Assembly (NCBI GenBank): GCA_963668695.2
Contig: CAXXLQ010000004.1
Location: 1,408,001-1,472,000 of the forward strand
DNA: 64,000 nt
Source of the DNA: Vicinamibacteria bacterium
GTDB taxonomy: Bacteria > Acidobacteriota > Vicinamibacteria > Marinacidobacterales > Marinacidobacteraceae
Direction: 5' to 3'
Of the stretch, positions 60,098 through 64,000 are shown in pieces (within the stretch, counting starts at the first letter, position 1; the number at the start of each line of letters is the position of its first letter). A model generated the notes under the pieces. It did not search any database, was not told the origin of the DNA, and saw only the letters and a list, made by a program, of their open reading frames with translations. A program made the translations under genes and the position numbers.

Positions 60098-60313
60098 GCA
60101 GCCGGTGGTGGAACCCGGGTGAGCGCCGAGCCCGGTGGGGGCCCGGCTGACAAGGCGCGTGAGGGAGGAGCCCCCACCGGGAGAACTGGCCCGAGTGTAT
60201 TTCGACCGAAACGCAACGCAGAACGGAGCGAAGCGGAGTGGTTCAGCCGGGATGGATCGCCGGCCGAGCCCCCACCGGGAGAACTGGGCCGCGTGGGTTT
60301 CACCACCGGCTGC
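60098..60313. mobile_element. MITE family A abutting the livF RBS
   Basis: GCAGCCGGTGG..CCACCGGCTGC; two full modules and one partial. Confidence 0.85.
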
Positions 60314-60407
60314 TCGGGGCGCGGATCCCGGCGGATGGGAAAAGCCGTGGAGGAGACGCCTGGCTGGCGGCTCTTCGGCGGACCGTCATGGTCTTCGACA
60401 CGCTTCC

Positions 60408-61154
60408 TCAGGATCCGGCCGACCGGCCGAGATACGCCTCGATCACGGCGGGATTCCGCGTTATTTCTTCGGGGGTTCCGATCGCGATCGTGGCGCCGTG
60501 GTCGAGCACGTGAACACGATGGGAGATATCCAGCACCGCTTCCATCACATGTTCGACGTAGATGATGCCGATACCGCTCGCGTGGACCTCCCTCAAGATC
60601 CCCACGGTTTCGCGCACTTCGGTGGGATTGAGGCCCGCTGCCACCTCGTCGACCAGGAGAACCCGGGGTCTGGTCGCGAGGGCACGCGCGAGGTCGAGTC
60701 GCTTCCGTTCGGCCAGATTCAAGAAATGGACGGGCGCCTCGCGACGGGATCCGAGCCGGGTCAGGGAAAGGCATGCCTCCGCCGTGTCAGAAGGGGAAAC
60801 TCCCGAGACGCGCCGGCCGAACTGCGCGCCGACCAGGACGCTTTCGAACACCGTCATGGCCAGGAAGGGGCGCGGGACCTGAAAGGTGCGCGCGAGCCCC
60901 AGCCGGCAGATCCGGTGGGACGGAAGGTGCTGGATTTCCCGGCCAAGCAAGCGGATCTGTCCGGCGTCGGGGGGGAATTGGCCGCTCAGCAGGTTGAAGA
61001 GAGTTGTCTTGCCCGCGCCATTCGGGCCGATGAGGCCCAAGATCTCGCCTTCCCGAAGGGTCAGATCAAGGCGGTGCACGGCCGTGAGGCCACCGAAGCG
61101 CTTCACGACTCCTCTCGCTTCGACCAGGGCGGATCCGGCGGCCGGACGGCTCAT
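60408..61154 (-). CDS. livG: Branched-chain amino acid ABC ATPase
   Basis: FGGLTAV, GPNGAGKTT, ARTFQ, DEVAAGLN, VEHVM. Confidence 0.93.
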   Translation of the reverse strand: MSRPAAGSALVEARGVVKRFGGLTAVHRLDLTLREGEILGLIGPNGAGKTTLFNLLSGQFPPDAGQIRLLGREIQHLPSHRICRLGLARTFQVPRPFLAMTVFESVLVGAQFGRRVSGVSPSDTAEACLSLTRLGSRREAPVHFLNLAERKRLDLARALATRPRVLLVDEVAAGLNPTEVRETVGILREVHASGIGIIYVEHVMEAVLDISHRVHVLDHGATIAIGTPEEITRNPAVIEAYLGRSAGS

Positions 61155-62125
61155 CCCGTTCTCCTGCGTATCAGCGCCACGAGTTGGGCGAGGCGCGGCG
61201 CGACTCCGCGAGGCTCCAGCAGGATGATGAAAATCAGCAGCGCTCCGAACGCCGCGAGGTGTACGTTCGGGAGGCTTACCAGCACGAACTGCTCGAGGAA
61301 GAGGAAGATCGCCGCCCCCAGGATCGGTCCCATCACCGTGCCGATTCCCCCCACCAGCACCATGAGCACGAGGCTGATTGAGAGATCGAAGCCGAACACC
61401 TTCTCGGGAACCACGTAGAGGGTGAACAGGGCGTAGTAGCCGCCCCCGAGCCCGGTTAGCGCGGCGGCGATGGCGAAAACGGTGACCTGTTGCCGGGCAA
61501 TGTCCACGCCGGAGGCAGCGGCCGCCCGCGCGTCCTCCCGGAGTGCGATCAATCCCAGGCCGAGGCGCGAACGCCTCACCGCGGAACTCAGGAGCACCGC
61601 GGTCACCGCGAGGGCGGCGCCCAGACCGTAAAGCAACACCGGTCCCAGATCCTCCTCGAGTGGAAGCGTCAAGCCCGAGGCCCCGCCAGCGGCTTCGACC
61701 TGATTCACCACGATCCGTGTCGCCTCCGCTACGCCGATCGTGGCGATCGCGAAGTAGGGCCCGCGGAGTCGAAGGCAGGGCCATCCCCAGGCCACTCCGA
61801 ACAGGGCTGCGAGCAGGGCGGCCACGGGCATGGTCAGGAAGGGATGAACACCGGCAAGCCACAGCATGGAGGTGGCGTAGGCGCCGACACCGAAGAGCGA
61901 GGAATTGCCGAACGAAATCTGTCCGGCGAAACCCCCCACCAGATTCCAGGCGCTCGCCAGCAGAATGTTGAGAAACAGAAGCTGAGCGAGTCGGGAGGCG
62001 TACGGGTTGGCGATCAGTAGCGGACCGACTGCCGCTACCGCGGCCACCGAGGCAGCGCCAAGCAGGAGGCGCCGGCGCTGGGAAGAAGGCTCCACGGCTA
62101 GCAGCCTCTGGCGAACGCTGCCCAT
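61151..62125 (-). CDS. livM: Branched-chain amino acid ABC permease
   Basis: WNLVGGFAGQISFG, LRLRGPYFAIAT, AIRED-like ALRED, GGIGTVMGP. Confidence 0.92.
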   Translation of the reverse strand: MGSVRQRLLAVEPSSQRRRLLLGAASVAAVAAVGPLLIANPYASRLAQLLFLNILLASAWNLVGGFAGQISFGNSSLFGVGAYATSMLWLAGVHPFLTMPVAALLAALFGVAWGWPCLRLRGPYFAIATIGVAEATRIVVNQVEAAGGASGLTLPLEEDLGPVLLYGLGAALAVTAVLLSSAVRRSRLGLGLIALREDARAAAASGVDIARQQVTVFAIAAALTGLGGGYYALFTLYVVPEKVFGFDLSISLVLMVLVGGIGTVMGPILGAAIFLFLEQFVLVSLPNVHLAAFGALLIFIILLEPRGVAPRLAQLVALIRRRTG

Positions 62126-62149
62126 CGTGACTCCGCGGCGCGGAGCGCC

Positions 62150-62323
62150 GTGGGGGTGGGGTGTGGGGAGGGGTGTCCCCTCCCCACGAAGAACGGTGGA
62201 GGGAATCGCGTAGCGATTCCCTCCACCATCCCGTGGAGAAGGCGCCCCGCATCGGAAAGACTTCGTGGCGTGCATGCGGATCGTGCGGTGGGCGCGATGC
62301 GGGGTGCTTTTTCCACGGGCTGC
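62150..62323. repeat. REP-like hairpins plus a 98-bp inverted-repeat element with a GGCTGC end
   Basis: GTGGGGAGGGGTGTCCCCTCCCCAC; GGTGGAGGGAATCGC-GTA-GCGATTCCCTCCACC; 28-bp IR at 62226-62323 abutting the livH stop. Confidence 0.7.
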
Positions 62324-63177
62324 TAGTTGTCCGCGTCGGCGCGGCGCGCCACGAGAGCGGCGGTCAGGACCAGGAAGCTCACCACGTCCCGGTAGCCGGT
62401 GTGCACATAGAAGGCGGTCAGGTCCTCGGCGATTCCGAGCCCGATGCCGGCGATGAGGATTCCGCCGATGTTGGTGAGTCCTCCCAGCACGACGACGCAA
62501 AAGCTCTTCAGGAGGAACCGGGCGCCAAATTCGGGAGTCACGGAGTAAAACAGCGACATCAGGCTTCCCGCGGACATCGCCAGTGCGGAGCCGATTCCGA
62601 AGGCGATCGCCCATACCCGGTTTACCGGCACTCCGGAGAGAGCGGCGGCCTCGCGATCCTGGGCGACGGCGCGCAGCGCCAGGCCCGCCCAGCTTCGTTT
62701 CAGCAACAGGGCCAGGACCACGAAACCGAGCAACGAAAAGCCGGCCACGATGAGCCGCGAGATGCTGATTGTCAGAGGCCCAACGGCCACCGACTCGAGG
62801 GAATAGGACGTCAGGAGCGCCCGGTCGGCTCCGCCAAATATCAGATACAGCAAGTTGCGGACGATCAGCCACACTCCAAACAGCAGGAGCAGCGTGGTGA
62901 CCGGGGGGCTGTCCCGGAGGCGAAACACCAGCGTCCGCTCCACGGTGGCCCCCAGCGCAAAGCCGAGGGGAACCGTGATCAGGATGGAAACGAGCGGATC
63001 GATTCCGAACGTGGTGTTGAGCCACCAGGTCACGTACACGCCGAGGGTCAGGAAGGCCCCGTGCGCGAGATTGACGACCCGCAGGACACCGTAGATGAGG
63101 CCGAGCCCGTACGCCATGTAGGCGTACACCGTGCCCACCAGAATCCCGGAGGCCAGGATCGAGAAGAGATCAACCAC
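62323..63177 (-). CDS. livH: Branched-chain amino acid ABC permease
   Basis: GLGLIYGVLRVVNLAHG, RAVAQD..AALSG, VVLGGL. Confidence 0.93.
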   Translation of the reverse strand: MVDLFSILASGILVGTVYAYMAYGLGLIYGVLRVVNLAHGAFLTLGVYVTWWLNTTFGIDPLVSILITVPLGFALGATVERTLVFRLRDSPPVTTLLLLFGVWLIVRNLLYLIFGGADRALLTSYSLESVAVGPLTISISRLIVAGFSLLGFVVLALLLKRSWAGLALRAVAQDREAAALSGVPVNRVWAIAFGIGSALAMSAGSLMSLFYSVTPEFGARFLLKSFCVVVLGGLTNIGGILIAGIGLGIAEDLTAFYVHTGYRDVVSFLVLTAALVARRADADN

Positions 63178-63201
63178 GGCCCGGCCCGCCTGACATTTCT
63201 A

Positions 63202-63328
63202 GCAGCCTGCCCGCGAGACTTAGGTCGCAGCCTCGCCCCATCGCAAATCGGCTCGGGGCGCCACGCGGAGCGACTACCCCGCGAACTCGGGGCAGAGACC
63301 AGCTGTTGAAGTCTTTCGCATGGGCTGC
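63202..63328. repeat. Short element with MITE-type GCAGCC..GGCTGC ends and unrelated interior
   Basis: TA-GCAGCCTGCCCGCGAGACTT..AAGTCTTTCGCATGGGCTGC. Confidence 0.55.
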
Positions 63329-63342
63329 AGGACGGATCCGCC

Positions 63343-64000
63343 TCAGCTTCCCAAAAAGGAGGGTCCCTCCGCCGCTTCGGGCGGGTAGATGATGCGGACT
63401 CCCCCGTCTGGCTGGTTCTGCACGATGACGCAGCGGTTCTGGATTTGGTACCGGCTTTCCGCCGGGAAGTAGAGGCGCCCTCCGGGAAGGAGCGAGTCAG
63501 TGAGTTCGAGAGACTGGAGTGCGTCGCGAATTGCTTCGGGTTCCGTAGCCCCCGCGTTCCCGATGGCGGTAATAAGGGCCCTTGCCGCTTCGTAAGCGAC
63601 CGCCGGGTAGTACTCGGTCACCGGTCCCCCGAACTGCGACTCGTACTGTTCGATGAAGCTGTGGGATCTCGCGTAGGGCAGCGCCCGGGTCCACCACTGC
63701 GCCGAAACGAGGTGGGAAACTGCTTCGCCGAGACCCGCGCGAACCGAGCGCTCCGGGCCCCGGGCTCCGTAGCTCACCGCGATGTGCCCAAGTCCCTGCT
63801 CCACGTAGGCGCGATGTTGCAGGAGGAAATCGGGCTCGTGGGCGTCCGAAAGAAAGACATCTGCAGCGACCGAACGCACCTTGACGATTAGCGAGGTGTG
63901 ATCGCTCGACAGGTGCTCGAACGATTCGTCAAGGACCAGTTCGAATCGGTCCGGATTCGCTTCGACAGTGTTCCCAACACCCGTCCGGTACTCGCGGCCG
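63343..64000 (-). CDS. LivJ/K-type ABC substrate-binding protein (5' part outside the window)
   Basis: Frame open to the window edge; YEAARAL..AIRDAL..VQNQ..IYP; precedes livH. Confidence 0.85.
   Translation of the reverse strand, partial: GREYRTGVGNTVEANPDRFELVLDESFEHLSSDHTSLIVKVRSVAADVFLSDAHEPDFLLQHRAYVEQGLGHIAVSYGARGPERSVRAGLGEAVSHLVSAQWWTRALPYARSHSFIEQYESQFGGPVTEYYPAVAYEAARALITAIGNAGATEPEAIRDALQSLELTDSLLPGGRLYFPAESRYQIQNRCVIVQNQPDGGVRIIYPPEAAEGPSFLGS

Noticed and set aside
1-64000. tRNA/rRNA genes or riboswitches
   Set aside because: None recognisable by eye; a covariance-model scan was not possible

Overview
High-GC bacterial chromosomal window. The gene content (carboxypeptidase-regulatory/TonB-dependent receptors with TPR, CRTAC1 and multiheme partners, LptD, CdaA/CdaR, futalosine pathway) suggests Acidobacteriota; this is inference. 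The left half (1-31.7 kb) is accessory. It holds five paralogous TonB-dependent receptor (TBDR) genes, four with a sigma54 -24/-12 motif upstream. They cluster with an NHL beta-propeller lipoprotein, a 7-heme cytochrome c-TPR lipoprotein, a TPR protein and a CRTAC1/ASPIC-UnbV protein. A toxin-antitoxin island (4.9-9.9 kb) is invaded by nested IS21-family elements. The right half is mostly housekeeping: nfuA-like, lptD, DUF92-ubiA, glyA, dinG, yggS, lepB, cdaR, cdaA, ftsH, tilS, CNNM, mqnC/A/E, ubiX, ubiA/mqnP, a histone-H1-like repeat protein and a Liv-type ABC transporter. The most striking unexplained structure is a family of 180-540 bp palindromic MITE-like elements (11 large copies, ends RCAGCC..GGCTGY, mostly flanked by TA). 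A fixed 19-nt module, CCAGTTCTCCCGGTGGGGG, has been added to them at four different internal positions, in both orientations and sometimes in tandem (about 25 copies), while two copies are empty. No enzyme for this is visible in the window. All calls come from motif reading, not database searches.
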